Positions 36,490 to 51,294 of a DNA stretch of 64,000 nucleotides are shown piece by piece (positions within the stretch are counted from its first letter, which is position 1; each line of letters opens with the position of its first letter). Location: assembly GCF_006345805.1 (NCBI RefSeq), contig NC_043000.1:23808001-23872000 (forward strand). The letters run 5' to 3'. The position numbers were made by a program, and so were the translations under genes. The notes under the pieces were generated by a model, which worked only from the letters and a program-made list of their open reading frames with translations, was not told the DNA's origin and searched no databases. This DNA comes from Octopus sinensis. Its lineage: Eukaryota.

Positions 36490-38415
36490 GGTTAATATAG
36501 GGCGTAACAAATATCAGAGAATCAAAAACAAAATGTGTGTGATAGGTGTAAAACAACTTCCTATGAACGAATATGAAAAAAAAAATTCGCGCACGCAAAA
36601 GGGGGGTGGGGTAGAAGCCTCGGAAAATTCACATCGGGAAGTTCCGAAAGCGTCTGAGGGGCTGACCCGGGCACCAAAACAAAAAAAAAATAGTGTAATA
36701 TGTGTAAAACAACTTGCTCTAAACGAATATGAAAAAAAAAATGCGCTCTCGAGAAAGAGGGGTGGGGGAGAGGCCTCGGAATATTTATATCGGGAATTTC
36801 CGAAAGCGTCTGAACCGGGCACAAAAAAAACAAAAACAGCGTAATAGGTGTAAAACAACTTGCTCTAAACGACTATCATGAAAAAAATGCGCGCTCGCGA
36901 AAGGGGGGTGGGGGAGAGGCTTCGGAAATTTCACATCTTCAGTCCACGGCCTTTAAACTAAGAAAAAATAGTGTAATTGGTGTAAAACTACTTGTTCTAA
37001 ACGAGTATCAAGAACACACACTCACACATGAATCATAAACTCCGTATTTCGCAAAAAAAAAAAATAAAGAGAAGAAATTCTGGAAAAAGTGAAGAAATGT
37101 TGGATCTCCGCCATGTGAATCAAAATACGTGTCAGAAACATCTTGAAATACTACAGAAATTATGTTACGAAAATGATAATGTATACATACCTCTTTGAGT
37201 GGTCCATCGATAATGATGATAAAGAAATGAGTTGGATTTGAACTCAGAATATTGACTAACACAACTACATACTACAAGACTCAAAATATTCAGCCAAGTC
37301 ACCACCCTTTAACTAGCAATAATAATAACATCAATAACATAACAGCCAAAAGATTTATTTGTTCTGAAAATAACAATCATAGTAAATAAATATGTTCTTT
37401 AATATTCACATTCATGTGCACAGTTAAACACACTTACATACAAACAGTCACGCATGCATAATACAGAACGGAACACATAAATGAAGGATGCATTACTTAG
37501 TATATATTACATCTAGAGAATTTTGATTAATAAGTCAAATATGCAAATTATAAAGATAATTAATTGCTTTACTAAACAGTGTTGTAAAGGTGAAAAAATA
37601 AATTTGGGAAAAAAATACACGCCAAAACTAATTAATAAAGGATAATTAGGGAAGGATTGACACAAAATAATAATTTTTTCTGTCTCTTTTTTTCTGATAA
37701 ATGCATCTTAATAAGTGAGAAGAATTGCATATATCTGAACTATTTCAAAGAAAAGCATAAATTTAATGTTTAAAATAGCTTTAACCAAGGAATGAGATCC
37801 AACATTTCTTCACTTTTTCCAGAATTTCTTCTCTTTATTTTTTTTTTTTGCGAAATACGGAGTTTATGATTCATGTGTGAGTGTGTGTTCTTGATACTCG
37901 TTTAGAACAAGTAGTTTTACACCAATTACACTATTTTTTCTTAGTTTAAAGGCCGTGGACTGAAGATGTGAAATTTCCGAAGCCTCTCCCCCCCCCCCTT
38001 TCGCGAGCGCGCATTTTTTTCATGATAGTCGTTTAGAGCAAGTTGTTTTACACCTATTACGCTGTTTTTGTTTTTGTTTTTGTGCCCGGTTCAGACGCTT
38101 TCGGAAATTCCCGATATAAATATTCCGAGGCCTCTCCCCCACCCCTCTTTCGCGAGAGCGCATTTTTTTTGGTCATATTCGTTTAGAGCAAGTTGTTTTA
38201 CACATATTACACTATTTTTTTTTTGTTTTGGTGCCCGGGTCAGCTCCTCAGACGCTTTCGGAACTTCCCGATGTGAATTTTCCGAGGCCTCTCCCCCACC
38301 CCCCTTTCGCGTGCGCGAATGTTTTTTTTCATATTCGTTCATAGGAAGTTGTTTTACACCTATTACACACATTTTTTTTTTGATTTTCTGATATTTGTTA
38401 CGCCCTATATTAACC
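36490..38415. mobile_element. Non-autonomous foldback-type DNA transposon (Merlin- or MULE-like) with ~620-bp TIRs
   Basis: 36490-37108 and 37794-38415 are near-identical reverse complements with internal ~125-140-bp subrepeats; GG...CC termini; perfect 8-bp TSD TAGATATT (36482-36489, 38416-38423); 685-bp AT-rich spacer with no transposase. Confidence 0.9.
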
Positions 38416-39766
38416 TAGATATTTTTATATTTTTTATCTATATTTCTTAGTTCGGTGGAACATGCTGATGACGTATATTCAAAAGCATTCCAGTCGCGAT
38501 CATCCCGCCCTTTTAGCCGAAGCTTTTTTTCTTTTCTTTTCTTTTCTGCTATAGGCACAAGGCTTGAAGTTTTGGGGGCGGGACAAGTCGATTACATCGA
38601 CTCCAGTGCTCAACTGGTACTTATTTTATCGACCCCCCGAAAGGTTGAAAAGCAAAATTGACCTCGGTAGAATTTGAACTCAGAAGGCAAAGTCAGAATA
38701 AATATCGCTAGGCATGCTAACGATTCAGCCAGCTCCCTGCCTTATTCTAGTTTATTGAGGACAACATTGTCCTGTTAAATCCTCTTATAATGCCATAATA
38801 ATTAAGTAAACAAACTTTTCGTTATCAAGTCTTTTCGTTTATTCACAGGTCTTCACTCATTTCATGTCCCCAAGTTGCAAGAAAATTAGCATATTTTAAT
38901 TATTAACTATTTTCATTTTGTAACTTCGTTAATAAATATTTTTGTTCACACACAAACACACATTCTTTAAATTAGTTTCAAATTTTTGTTCAGAGTAATT
39001 TCGGGGAAAGGGGCAAGTCGATTACATCAACCCAGTGCTCAACTGGTACTTATATTATCGATCCTGAACAGATGAAAGGCAAAGTCAATCTCCCGACGGA
39101 ATTTGAACTCAGAACGTAAAGACGGACGAAATGTCGCTAAACATTTCGCCCGGTGTGCTAATGATTCTTATTTCTTTATTGCCCACAAGAGGCTAAACAT
39201 AGAGGGGACAAACAAGGACAGACAAACGGATTAAGTCGATTATATCGACCCCAGTGCGTAACTGGTACTTTATTTATCGACCCCGAAAGGATGAAAGGCA
39301 AAGTCGACCTCGGCGGAATTTAAACTCAGAACGTAAAGCACCTGCTTTGTCACCCCAAACAACCTGGTAGCTCTAGGTTCAGTCCCACTGCATGACACTT
39401 TGGGCTAATATCTTCTACTATATAGCCTTGGCTTGACCAAAGCTTTATGAGTGGATTTAGTAGGTGGAAACTGAGAGAAGCCTGTCTTGAGTGTGTGTGT
39501 GTGTGTATGTCCTACCACTATCGTCAAAATAATGCTTGGCGTGTGTTTAGTATAGAGTCAGAAATTGTAAAGCATGTCAACATCTGTAATTTCTTTGGCT
39601 GTAGTTATTTTAAGCATTGTTTTCAGATTTGATGTATTTTTGAAAATTTTTTCAGATTTATATTATGCATATTTTTAAAGAATCATTATCTCAGCTGTTT
39701 GAAACAAAAATCTGACAATAATTTTCAAAAGAAAATTAAAACTGAAAAATTACAATGGGACTCTTT

Positions 39767-39841
<75 letters not shown>

Positions 39842-40399
39842 AGATTTATAATCTACTAGGCTTAAAACATACATCCATAGAAATTGTCATTTTTTTAAGT
39901 ACTCCACATAATTTTTGACTCTACTCATTGGGAATGTATTAATGTTTAGGGTGTGGAGGCTTGGTTAAATGTGCTGAATTGTTGGTAAAACTGTTTTAGG
40001 CTGGTTAATGTTTTACTCATTAAAACCCAAGTCCATTTGCAGTTTTCAATGAAACTATTTATTTATAAATTAACATTACAATGTGTACAATAGCCTGTTG
40101 CCGGAGGCTGTATCAGTGATTAACAGTAGTGAGTTTTGTATTCATGCAAGCTAGAAAAAAACAGCTATATCTTTGTGCTGTAAGAGGTGGGAAAATGCTG
40201 TGTTCATTGTAGACAGATTATTCCTTTTAATCTGTTAACCTAGAGTCAAGCAATGACTGAACAACCTGTCTTTTCATGGACATCTGCTGCCTCTGGCTGT
40301 GTCTCTGCATCTCTTCTCTGGTTTATTGTGGTATGCATCACAATTTATTGTCATGTTTTTGGCAGGAAATGGCAGCAAACACTGGAAATTTTCACTCAA

Positions 40400-41005
40400 T
40401 ATTGTGCAAGCAAATTATTGCAACTGAAATGCCTTTGGCTAACAATTATACCAAGATCCCCCGATATGCTGAGGCCTCTTTATCATTACTGAGGGCAAGA
40501 GTATACAATATTTTGTTGCATTTGCCATATTCTGAATGCCTTACTTCCCTGGGCATGGATACATTGAAACTCTGATGTCTGGCAACTGACTTGGAAGACA
40601 CCCATAAAATTATTAACCATCTTACAAACAATAACTCTGAGCACCTTTCCGAACTCCATCTGTCTAACGCCTGTGGACATGTTTACAAAGTCAGAAAACA
40701 GCACAGCTCCCATGACTTTTGGAAACATTTTTTCACGCTAAGAGTTGCTGAAGCATGGAACAAACTGCCCGCATCAGTTGTTAGTTGTCGGAGCACTGCA
40801 TCCTTCAAAACTTCCATGCTTCCTGAGATTTGCCAACACTACACCTGATTTTCTCTCCTCCATACACACGCAAGCATGCATCTGACTCATACACTGTACA
40901 CTTTCCAGACATTTGTACGTTACTGCATATACTTTATATGCACTTTTGACAAGTTGTGGTGCACCTGAGCACTATACAATAATTTCATTATTATTCATTA
41001 TTATT
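40400..41005 (+). mobile_element. CR1/L2-group LINE 3' end with (ATT)n tail
   Basis: HFFTLRVAEAWNKLPASVV motif followed by a 3' UTR and ttattatt tail; the same tail occurs inverted at ~54548-54690. Confidence 0.8.
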
Positions 41006-42825
41006 AAATGAGTGGGTCAACTCATGGTCGGTGCTTTTGGTTTAGTTGTTGTTGGATAGGTGTTTATCAGTTAAAAAAAAACTTTTTTGAGAAAAATTAT
41101 GTTGAATAACCAACATCCCTATGCTATGCTCACAATATACAAAGCAATGTTGTACACTCCTCATTTTCTGGCATTTTATGTACTTTTTTTCTGTCTGTTA
41201 CTACTAGGGTGACTTTATTTTTTAATGCCCAACTGGGACCAAAAAGGATTTTAGTTTGCATGCTCGAACACACACTCCAACCACAACATATGCCTTTTAT
41301 GCATGAATATAAAATGTTGATGTACTTTATTAAATTATTTACTGAAAAAGGAAATTAAAATGTTTAAAATCATAGTTCATAACTAATTGTTTTTTTCTTG
41401 TTCCAGATTTTATTGAATTTCAAACAATTTTACGTCCTTGAAATTAAAAATACATAAAACAATGGCAATGATAGTCAAAACATCCAGTTAATTTTTTGTC
41501 TAATCATTGAGTTTTAACCAAAGAAAACAAGCTCTTAAACAATCGCCATTGGGTTCTGAAATCGAAAATAAATTAAAACAATATTCTAAGAATTTGACTT
41601 TTGGTTCAACAAATTCTATTTGATTGAAAATAAATTGATATTTCACTTCATAGTTTTTCATTTTCCAGTCCAAATTATTTTCAACTTCAGAATACATGTA
41701 TGTGCGTGCATGCGTGTGTGTGTGTGTGTGTCTGTGCATGCGTGTGTGTGTCTGTGTGTTCAAAATAATGTTTTCTTTATACAAATTATACAAATTATCA
41801 TCAAATTTGATGCTTAATTTGCAGAAAGCTGTGGTTGATTCTCACAATTAAATTTCTGAAATTTAGATAATTTGTGAGAAATTTTATAAAGGAAAAAAAA
41901 TAATCGACACATTAGTTTCACAGTTATGGAGTTTGAGGCATCACTTGCATTTTTGCTATTCCACATTTAGTATCATTTTGTTTGGCAACAGGTGAGGAAT
42001 TTTATATTTTCCTGGAGTCATGCTGGCAGCCAAACTGTAAGTGCATGCATGCACTGAGACATCAACATCGTTTAACATCCACTTTTCCATGCTTGCATGG
42101 GTCAGATGAATCTGTTGAGGCAAATTTTTATGGGTGGTTGTCCTTCCTGTTATCAACCTTCACCTGTTTCCAAACTAAGGAGATATTTTCACAGAAGAAT
42201 GGAAACAAACAACTTCACCTGTGTGATGGTGATGCTCATTTACAGCCATTACATGATGCCAAGGCAAGAATACACAAAAACACATACACATACACACACA
42301 TACATACATATAAACACACACATACATACATATAAACACACACACACACACATATGCACACATACATATAGATACACATATACACATACACACACATATA
42401 TACATATAGATACACACATACATATAGGCTTTGGTCGGCCTGAGGCTATAGTTGAAGACACTTGCCCAAGGTGCCATGCAGTGGGATTGAACCCAGAACC
42501 ATATGGTTGGTAAGCAAGCTACTTACCACACAGCCACTCCTGCACCTATGGAAAAGAAACATTTTTTTTATTTATATAGGGTGTTGGACTCATGATTGTA
42601 AGATTGTGATGTCGATTCCTGGACCAGGCAACCCATTGTGTTCTTGAGCAAAACACATCATTTCACATTGCTCCAGTCCACTCAGCTGGCAAAAATTACT
42701 AATGCTGCTATGAACTCGTATTCCACCTGGAGCTGGGGAATTTCTATGCCATGGAAACCAGGAACCCAGCCCTTATTTGTCAACATGACTTGAGAAGGTA
42801 ACTTCACCTTTACCTTTATCTGATA

Positions 42826-43298
42826 CTAGCAGAAATACCCGTTGTTGACTGGGTTCAGAAAGAGTTTTCAAAAATTATACCCTTCGATATTATTGAATGT
42901 TTTGTAGTGAAATATCCGCAAGCACTTATTGCCAGGTTTCGGCCCAAAAAGTTATAATATTTTACTAATGGGTCAGCTGATAGTCAGTCTCTTCAGCTCT
43001 TTCTCTTTTCCTATGCTGAGATTGCTTAGGTAGTTGAAATCTAATTTTTTTCAGAGGCATTGTTGTAGAATGAATTAGTAAACTTATGGATTTCACCGAC
43101 GTGAAAATTGGTAAGAGTTATGGTTGAAAACCTATTTTTACCGCTATCCGGGGGTGCCTCGGGAAAAATAAGTTGACAAAAGTACAGCCATGGTCGTGAC
43201 CAATGTCCTCCTAAAATTGGAGCGACATGCATTCTAATTTAAGGACGTGCATAAAGCACATTCACTTACACACACATCCTGCCTTTTATAGATATAGA
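42826..43298 (-). mobile_element. Non-autonomous Helitron-like element (degenerate)
   Basis: Minus strand A|TCTATATC ... decayed hairpin cccagtcaacaacggg ... CTAG|T. Confidence 0.6.
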
Positions 43299-43839
43299 TG
43301 ATTGCAATGTCCATCTCATACTGAAAGACAAGAGAGGTGAATAGACAGTAAAATAAAGTGTAAAGGCCCTTTCTAGAGTTGAATAAAAAAAGGAAACAAC
43401 TTGATTTGAATATTGGAGCTTACTGTATCAATTAAAACCAAATTTAAATTGTTTATATGGCTGTATAAAGAATGTGCTTGGCATAACTTCCCTATCATTT
43501 ATTTGGAAGCCAGGTAGTTTGTTTGTTTCTTCCTTCTCAAGCCATGCCTGGCTCATAAGGGCCGGTTTCCTGGTTTCCTTGGCATATAGGTTCCCCACCT
43601 GGACGGGATGCTGGTCCATTGCAGGTGAGCTGCAAGATGCAGGAGAAAAGAGTGAGAAAAAGTTGTGGCAAAAGAGTCAGCAGAAGTTTGCCATTACCTT
43701 CTGCCAGAGCTGTGTGGAGCTTAGGTGTTTCATTCATAAACACACACATCACCCAGTCTGAGATTCAAACCTGCGATCCCTCGACTGTGAGTCCACTGCT
43801 CTAACCACTAGGCCATGTGCCTCCACTCCAGATAGTTTG

Positions 43840-44375
43840 CTCAACATGGCACTTGCTTCATTGGGAAACTGGCCATTATGCATAGTTATTGATACCCTAT
43901 TTTTTGATTACTGGACGAAGAATATTGAAAGGAATCTTCAGTCGTTATTTTAGGTAATTCGCTGAATTATATACATTCATTTCACTGTATCACCATTTAT
44001 TGTTACATATCATAAGGATAAAGAAAATTGATTGATTCTGCTGATATCAATAGTAGAGTCAACAATTATTTAAAAGTACTTAGCCACTTTGATTTGGGTT
44101 GATAAGAACTGTGTTAGATAATTTTGTATGTCAGGGCTGAAATATGTCGCATTATGATAATTCAGCAAAAAATGTTATTCATGTAATGTATTATTTCTTG
44201 TTAAATAATTTAGTTTAAATAAAATTGCCTTGTTTGTCCTTGGTGGTATTAAACCCTGATACTCACAACAAATACAGAATGCCAGTCCTTGTTCCCTCAA
44301 ATAAAGAATTACATCTATAATATGGATTAGAATCTTCCTAATTTTTTCTGTCTCTTTCCTTTCTACTGTTACAAC
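43840..44375 (-). mobile_element. Decayed hAT-superfamily (ZMYM1/DUF4371-like) transposase fragment
   Basis: Minus-strand KILIHIIDVILYLREQGLAF and QIKVAKYF*IIVDSTIDISRINQFSLSL*YV match the hAT pattern IIDxIxFLxxQGLAFRG ... AKYFSIIxDxTxDISxxEQLSxxLRYV; in-frame stops; bounded by SINEs. Confidence 0.8.
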
Positions 44376-44579
44376 ACAATTTTTTTTTTCAGTCATTTGG
44401 CTATGCTGGAGCATCACCTTTTAGTCAAGCAAATTGACCCCAGGACCTATTCTTTGTAAGCCTAGTACTTATTCTATCAGTCTCTCTTGCCAAACCGCTA
44501 AGTGACAGGAACGTAAACACACCAGCATCGGTTGTCAAGCGATGTTGGAGGGACAAACGCAGACACACAAATATATACA

Positions 44580-44715
<136 letters not shown>

Positions 44716-47700
44716 ACAGGCTTCTTTCAGTTTCTGTCTACCAAATCCACTCACAAGGCTTTGGTCAGCCTGAGTCTATAGTAGAAGTCACTTGCCCAAG
44801 GTGCCACATAGTGGGACTGAACCCGGAACCATGTGGTTGGTAAGCAAGCTACTTACCACACAGCCACTCCTGCACCTTAAAAGTTACGAAAGTTCTGTTA
44901 TTGACCAAAAGAAATATGTTAAGGAAAAGATTTTTGTCTGTTTTTTGGGGTAAGGTGGGGGTTATTATTCCATGCCTTTGTATGTACCTTTAACAATGTC
45001 TTGCTAACAGTTTTTGGATCACCCTAACCATTCAACTCATTTGTAAAACTTCAAAAAAAGAAACAGAAAAGAAAAATAAAACTTCAACAAGCAAAAGAAA
45101 CCAATGTTTGTTCTTGGTAAGTATATAAGTCAGTGCCAATTTTTTTCACAACCATTTTTGGTTTGTTTCCCATATGAAGTTGTAGAAAAATGATGTCCAC
45201 CTTTGTCTTTCATCATTTGGAAAATTGTCAAGATTATTTTTAGGACTTGCCTGACAAAAGCTTGAATTAAGGTAAGCTTATAAGAGATCAGGTATTCCAG
45301 GTGTTTCATAAAGCAAATATGGAACTGTTGGATACTCCATACAGGTACCAATTATCACACATAATGATGACTCTTGTCAAGAGACAAGATAAATCTTTCC
45401 AGACTTTGGAGACATTTTACATTATAATGTAAGAATGGAAAGTGGCAGAAACGCTAGAGGACTTCTTTTATAAACAATGGATTAAAACAGTTTTTGAATA
45501 TTATTAAGCCATGATATTTCAGAAACAACTTGGGTAACCTTCTTCCAGCCTTCTGAGATCTACTTGCCGTTTTTCACCTACAGGCATCAATAAACAGAAA
45601 TTTAGCCTTGTATTGACTTCACTGTACATGAAAAACTACAAATGTTGTTGGCATAGCCTTGTTTTCTTTTCCAATTATGTGGAATAAATAAATAAATAAA
45701 TAAATGCACAACCTTTTTATAGTTTTTGTAAAGCTCTATTTCAAAATATTTTCCTTATGCAATAATGAATAACAGATTAAGAATTTTTAGGGATTTAATT
45801 AGCAAATCTTCAGTTAACATTTTCTCTTTTTCTCCTTTTTCCTAAACTTAATAAAGAAAGCAGCTTTAGACACTGTCTGAAAAGGATTAATTGATTAATA
45901 TTAAGTTAATATTATTGTCATCATCATCATCAGTTAATAAAAAAAGAATGATTACCAAGTTGTTTTCTAAAGGCTAATAAAAATCAGATTAATGATATTT
46001 CTAATAATCTCAGTTAAAAATGAGTATAATTGCAGAGTAAATAAATATATTTGAAATAATTGAACTTATGATAATTTTAAGACAAAGTTTCTTTGAATGT
46101 TCTGTGGATACAGAACATTGGCTTACAAAGAATAATTTCTTGGGTCGATTTCTTCGACTAAAAAAACCCTTCCCTGTAACTTAGCAGTTCGGCAAGAGAC
46201 CGATAGAATAAGTGCCAGGCTTACAAAGAATAAGTCCTGGGGTCGATTTCTTCAACTAAAAAACAAAACAAAAAAAAACCAACTCTTTAAGGCAGTGCTC
46301 CAGCATGGCCGCAGCCACATGACTGAACAAGTAAAAGAATAAAAGAATAAACTACAACTGTTTTATATACACTTTTCAAAATATTTAAGAAAATCTGGTG
46401 CATTATGTTTCAGATATCAGCATAAAGAAATGAAAAGAGATATTTACTAATAAAATATTTATAGGGGGAAATCTGAACTCCATTACAGATACTATGTTCT
46501 CTTCTGGAATTAGGTGTCATAATGCAAGGAATCCTAAATGTTAATGGAAAGATAATAGTGAGAAAGGAAAATATAGCTTTAGATAATATCATAATAAATC
46601 ACATTGATATTGTGGTGGTGGTTTTACTTCTGAATTATGAAGATTTGACATTTGAGTGTGGTGTTTTAGGACAAAGTGGCTTCTGGCCTAGTTAAGAAGT
46701 TGTTGATGGATAATCCAGTTAGCTTTGGTTGAAGCAGCTTATGAAATGTAAGGAAGCAACTTCAGGTATATTAAGGCTTATCTGAGCTTTAATTATTTAC
46801 TTCAAAAGGGACATTGATGTACATTTTATCAGCTCTGGTGAAGTGAAATATTACGCTAACTTCAGCTAACTTGTAGATTTGAACTATAAGTTAGCAAGTT
46901 TCATTTTAATATCTCTACCCTTATAAAGCGGTGAACTGGATGAACTATTAGCAGGCAGGACAAAATGCTTAGTGGTTTGGCCGATGCCAGGACCCCGTGA
47001 CTGGCCCCTGTGCTAGTGGCATGTAAAATGCACAATCCAAACGTGATCAAAGCCAGGCCCGTCTGACTGGCTCCTGTGCTGGTAGCACGTAAAAAGCACC
47101 CATTACACTCTTGGAGTGGTTGGCATTAGGAAGGACATCAAGCTGTAGAGACATTGCCAGATTGGATTGGAGCCTGGTGTAGTCATCTGGTTCGCCAGAC
47201 CTCAGTCAAACCATCCAACCCATGCCAGCATGGAAAATGGACGTTAAACGATGATGGTGACGCCTACGCCGATGATGATGATGAGCTCAAATTCTGCCGT
47301 GGTCAACTTGGCCTTTTGTTCTTTTGGGGATCGATAAAATAAGTACCAGTTGAGCACTGGAGTTGATATCATCAATTTACCCACACTCATGAACTTGCTG
47401 GCCTTGTGCCAAAATTTGAACCCAATATCTCTATCTTTGTGCTGTATCACAAAACCAATTTGCTCCTTCTTGAATCAGTTCAATTCAATGTCTTTGTTCA
47501 GCAATAAGAAAAGTAGCTTGTCATGGGTGGAAAGATTTTTTTAAAATTGCATATAACTAACAATAGTAGCATATAATAAGATGATTGCCATAGAGTAAGA
47601 AGTAACCTCCGAGTAAATCTAGGTCATGACCTAATCTAGGCCTCATTTTCACAGTTACTCTATCTTTTCTAATAATAAAGGAATTTTTCTTTTTTTTTGA

Positions 47701-49679
47701 GACTTTACTGCATCAAATGATTACAAAATATTCCTTTTTATATTATGAGTTGTCTACTTTGTCTGTGGTTGATTTATTCATTGTGCAACAATGTTTGTCA
47801 TGTATCTATACCAGGGGCTCTCAACCAGTTTTTACCTACGGACCCCTTTCATTCTTATTTTACTTGGGTGGACTCTCATAGTAATTTGATATTTAAAGAA
47901 TCCTGTTGTATTTTTATAATTAAGTTTTATAAGGAATTGTACAAAAAAAATTGTTAAAATATTTTGTGTAGTAGAGTTGACTTATTGCACATAAATCTCA
48001 ACAATAAAATCTTGTATGGACCCCCAAAGACCATTATGAAGCCTGGTATATATATATATAGGAGAGTTCACGAAAAAAACAAAAGACGAAGACAGATTGT
48101 GTAGAAAACAAACAGATATATTAGTATAACGCTCAGGAATAGAAAAAGTCTTTTACATTTCGAGCCTACGCTCTTCCAAAGAAAGGAACACAGAAAGAAA
48201 CAAGGAGAGAAAAAAAAATGTGTAGTGGCTACTGCTCTATATGTATATATACAAGCAAAATGCCCCCCATCCAATGGACAGTGCTGAGTTGTCAAACATT
48301 TAAACCAAATTTTCTCAAAACAACTTGTCCGACCATCCCATAAGCCTCCCCTTTGAGAAACACTGATTTAACCTAAATTTGAGACACCAACAAAAGAAGA
48401 AATAAAGATAGACTATTTTTCTATTCCAAAAAAAAACGATTTTATTCACACAAATATGCAACTGAAGAGTTTAAAGTACCAGTAGTGATAAGGCTGTTGA
48501 CTGGGAGAACACAAACATAGTTTAAATAGTAAGCTTCACAGGAAAGAAACTTGCCTTTAAGCAGTACAAAAACAAGAAAAAAATGGAAGGTTCAGTTATG
48601 TGCAGGTTGAAGGAAGAAAAGCAGGACAAAAATGATGCATGCAAATGTGTTAGCTGGAGGTAAATCTAGATGGAAAAGCATGATGAATTTATGAGAACGT
48701 ACATCATCATCATCATCATCATTTAACATCCGTTTTCCATGCTAGCATCAGATGGACGTTTTGACCAGGGTCTGGGAACCAGGAGGCTGCACCAGGCTCC
48801 AGTCTGATCTGGCAGTGTTTCTACAGCTGGATGCCCTTCCTAACGCCAGACACTCCATGAGTGTAGTGGGTGCTTTTTACGTGTCACTGGCACAGGTGCC
48901 AGGGAAGGCTGGCAACGGCCACGAACGGTTAGTGCTTTTTATGTGCCACTGACGCAGAAGCCAGTCAAGGCGGCGCTGGCATCAGCCATGTACAGATGGT
49001 GCTTTTTATGTGCCAGGGGAGGCTGGCAATGGCCACGATCGGTTGGTGCTTTTTTGCTGCTGATGTATTTGACTCAATAGGTCTCCTGAAGCACAGCCAG
49101 TTGCCCTATGATCCAAGGTAAGTACAGCAGACCGTCCTGCGATCCAAGGGACAATAATAAGTTTATCCGATAAAACATGTAGGAAATCAACTTGGGGCGA
49201 TTTTTTATGTAAAGCAACAACCTAGGGAACTAAGTAACTAATTTTAAGCTAACTTACTTCATGGGATGTTCAAGGGCATGGTAAAGCTAGTGGAGTGCAG
49301 CCTTGTAAACCACATTGTGAGCCAACTTCTCTAACCATTAAGTGACATGCCTTCACAAAATATAACGGCATGATATAATAATATAATAATGGTTTCAAAT
49401 TTTGCCACAAGGGCAGCATTTTGGTGGGAGGAGGTGAGTCGATTATATCAACCCTAGTCTTTAACTGGTACTTAATTTATTGACCCTAAAAGGGTGAAAG
49501 GCAAAGTCGACCTCAGCAGAATTTGAACTCAGAATGAAAGTATTTTGCCCAGCATGCTAATGATTCTGCCGGCTTGATAACAATAAATACAAAAACGATA
49601 ATAATGATGCTGTCTCAAATCAGCATCATGCCACAAATTCCTATAGGGGTGGTGGTGAATTGCTCAGTACATGACTGAA

Positions 49680-50550
49680 GGCCCTCCTCCTCCTCCTCCT
49701 CATCATCATCATCATCATCATCATCACCCCACCCCCACCACCATCTTCTCCCCACCCCATCATCATCATCACCAGCATCACCATATCGCTTCCAGCATTA
49801 CCACTACCACCACCACAACTACAACATCAACAACAGCAACAATAACAACAACACCAACAACAATTGCAGCAACAACAATAGCAACTCCATGATCACTGTA
49901 ACCACCACTATTAACATTAATGTGACAACCCCACCATGACCACGACCACCACCTCCTCTAACACCACATCATCCTCATCAGTATCATCTTCAACATCATT
50001 ATCACTGTGTAAACACTGTCACCCTTATCCCCACCATTGCCACCACCATCTTAATCCTGAGCTTAACAACCAGTGCTACATCTGCCACCATCACCGTCAC
50101 CATGACAACCATCATCATCACCACCGCTAATACTAGCAGTACCAGTACTGCTGCCATCATTAACCTCATTTCATCATTGCAATTATCATCCTTGCTGCCT
50201 CTGTCATAATCCAGACCTTGAAAACCATCCCCATCACCGCTACCACCGCCTTCATCACTACTATTATCTTTATGAACATTATCACCACCAATACCTTCGC
50301 CGCTACCACCACCACCACCACAACCATGACCATTATCATCATCATCAAATTGCCACCACTATCATTATCACCACCACCACCAACAACAACACCATCACCA
50401 ACACCACCAACACCACCGACAACACCAATACCACCACCACCATCACCACCACAACCACCACCACCACCACCACAATCATCATTATCCTTGTCGTTGCCAT
50501 CAGCACCATCACCACCACATTACCTGCTCCCCTCCACCACCACACCATTG
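49680..50550. repeat. Low-complexity (CAC/CAT/CAA)n trinucleotide tract
   Basis: Degenerate triplet repeats giving poly-H/T/P translations in all frames. Confidence 0.9.
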
Positions 50551-51177
50551 CTTAATACCATATTCTCTCAGCTATCTCGTTTTCATCATTGTCCTTAAAG
50601 TGTCAAATAAAAACATTTATAAAGAGACAGAGACTTTATAATGACATCTGCTCCTCAGAATTAGCAAACAGTGTTGGATTAAGGTGTAAGCATCAGAAAT
50701 TGCAGCTCAGAGACTTCCAAGGGTGTTAGTGGGGGTGGGGTGAGAGTGAGATTGAGGGCTTGTAATCCTCATATCTCAGGCCCTAGCAAATCTTAATCCA
50801 GTGCTCTGCAAGCCAGATTCATTTCCTGAAGGCCACATATAAAATATATAAATCAGTGGTCTACATTTAAACACGTGGAGGCACATGGCCTAGTGGTTAG
50901 AGCAGCAGACTCACGGTCGAGGGATTGCGGGTTCGAATCTCAGACCAGGCAATGTGTGTGTTTATGAGCGAAACACCTAAGCTCCCCACATGACTCCAGC
51001 AGGAGGTAATGGCAAACTTCTGCTGACTCTTTCGCCACGACTTTCTTTCACTCTTTCCTCCTGCATCTTGCAGCTCACCTGCGATGGACTGGTGTCCTGT
51101 CCAGGTGGGGAACTTATACGCCAAGGACACCAGGAAACCGGCCCTGATGAGCCAGGCATGGCTTGAGAAGGAACAAA

Positions 51178-51219
<42 letters not shown>

Positions 51220-51239
51220 TGTATGTATGTATGTATGTA

Positions 51240-51294
<55 letters not shown>

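Noticed and set aside
49671-50598. His/Thr/Pro-rich mucin-like ORFs
   Set aside because: Trinucleotide low-complexity sequence with stops in every frame and no convincing splice structure.
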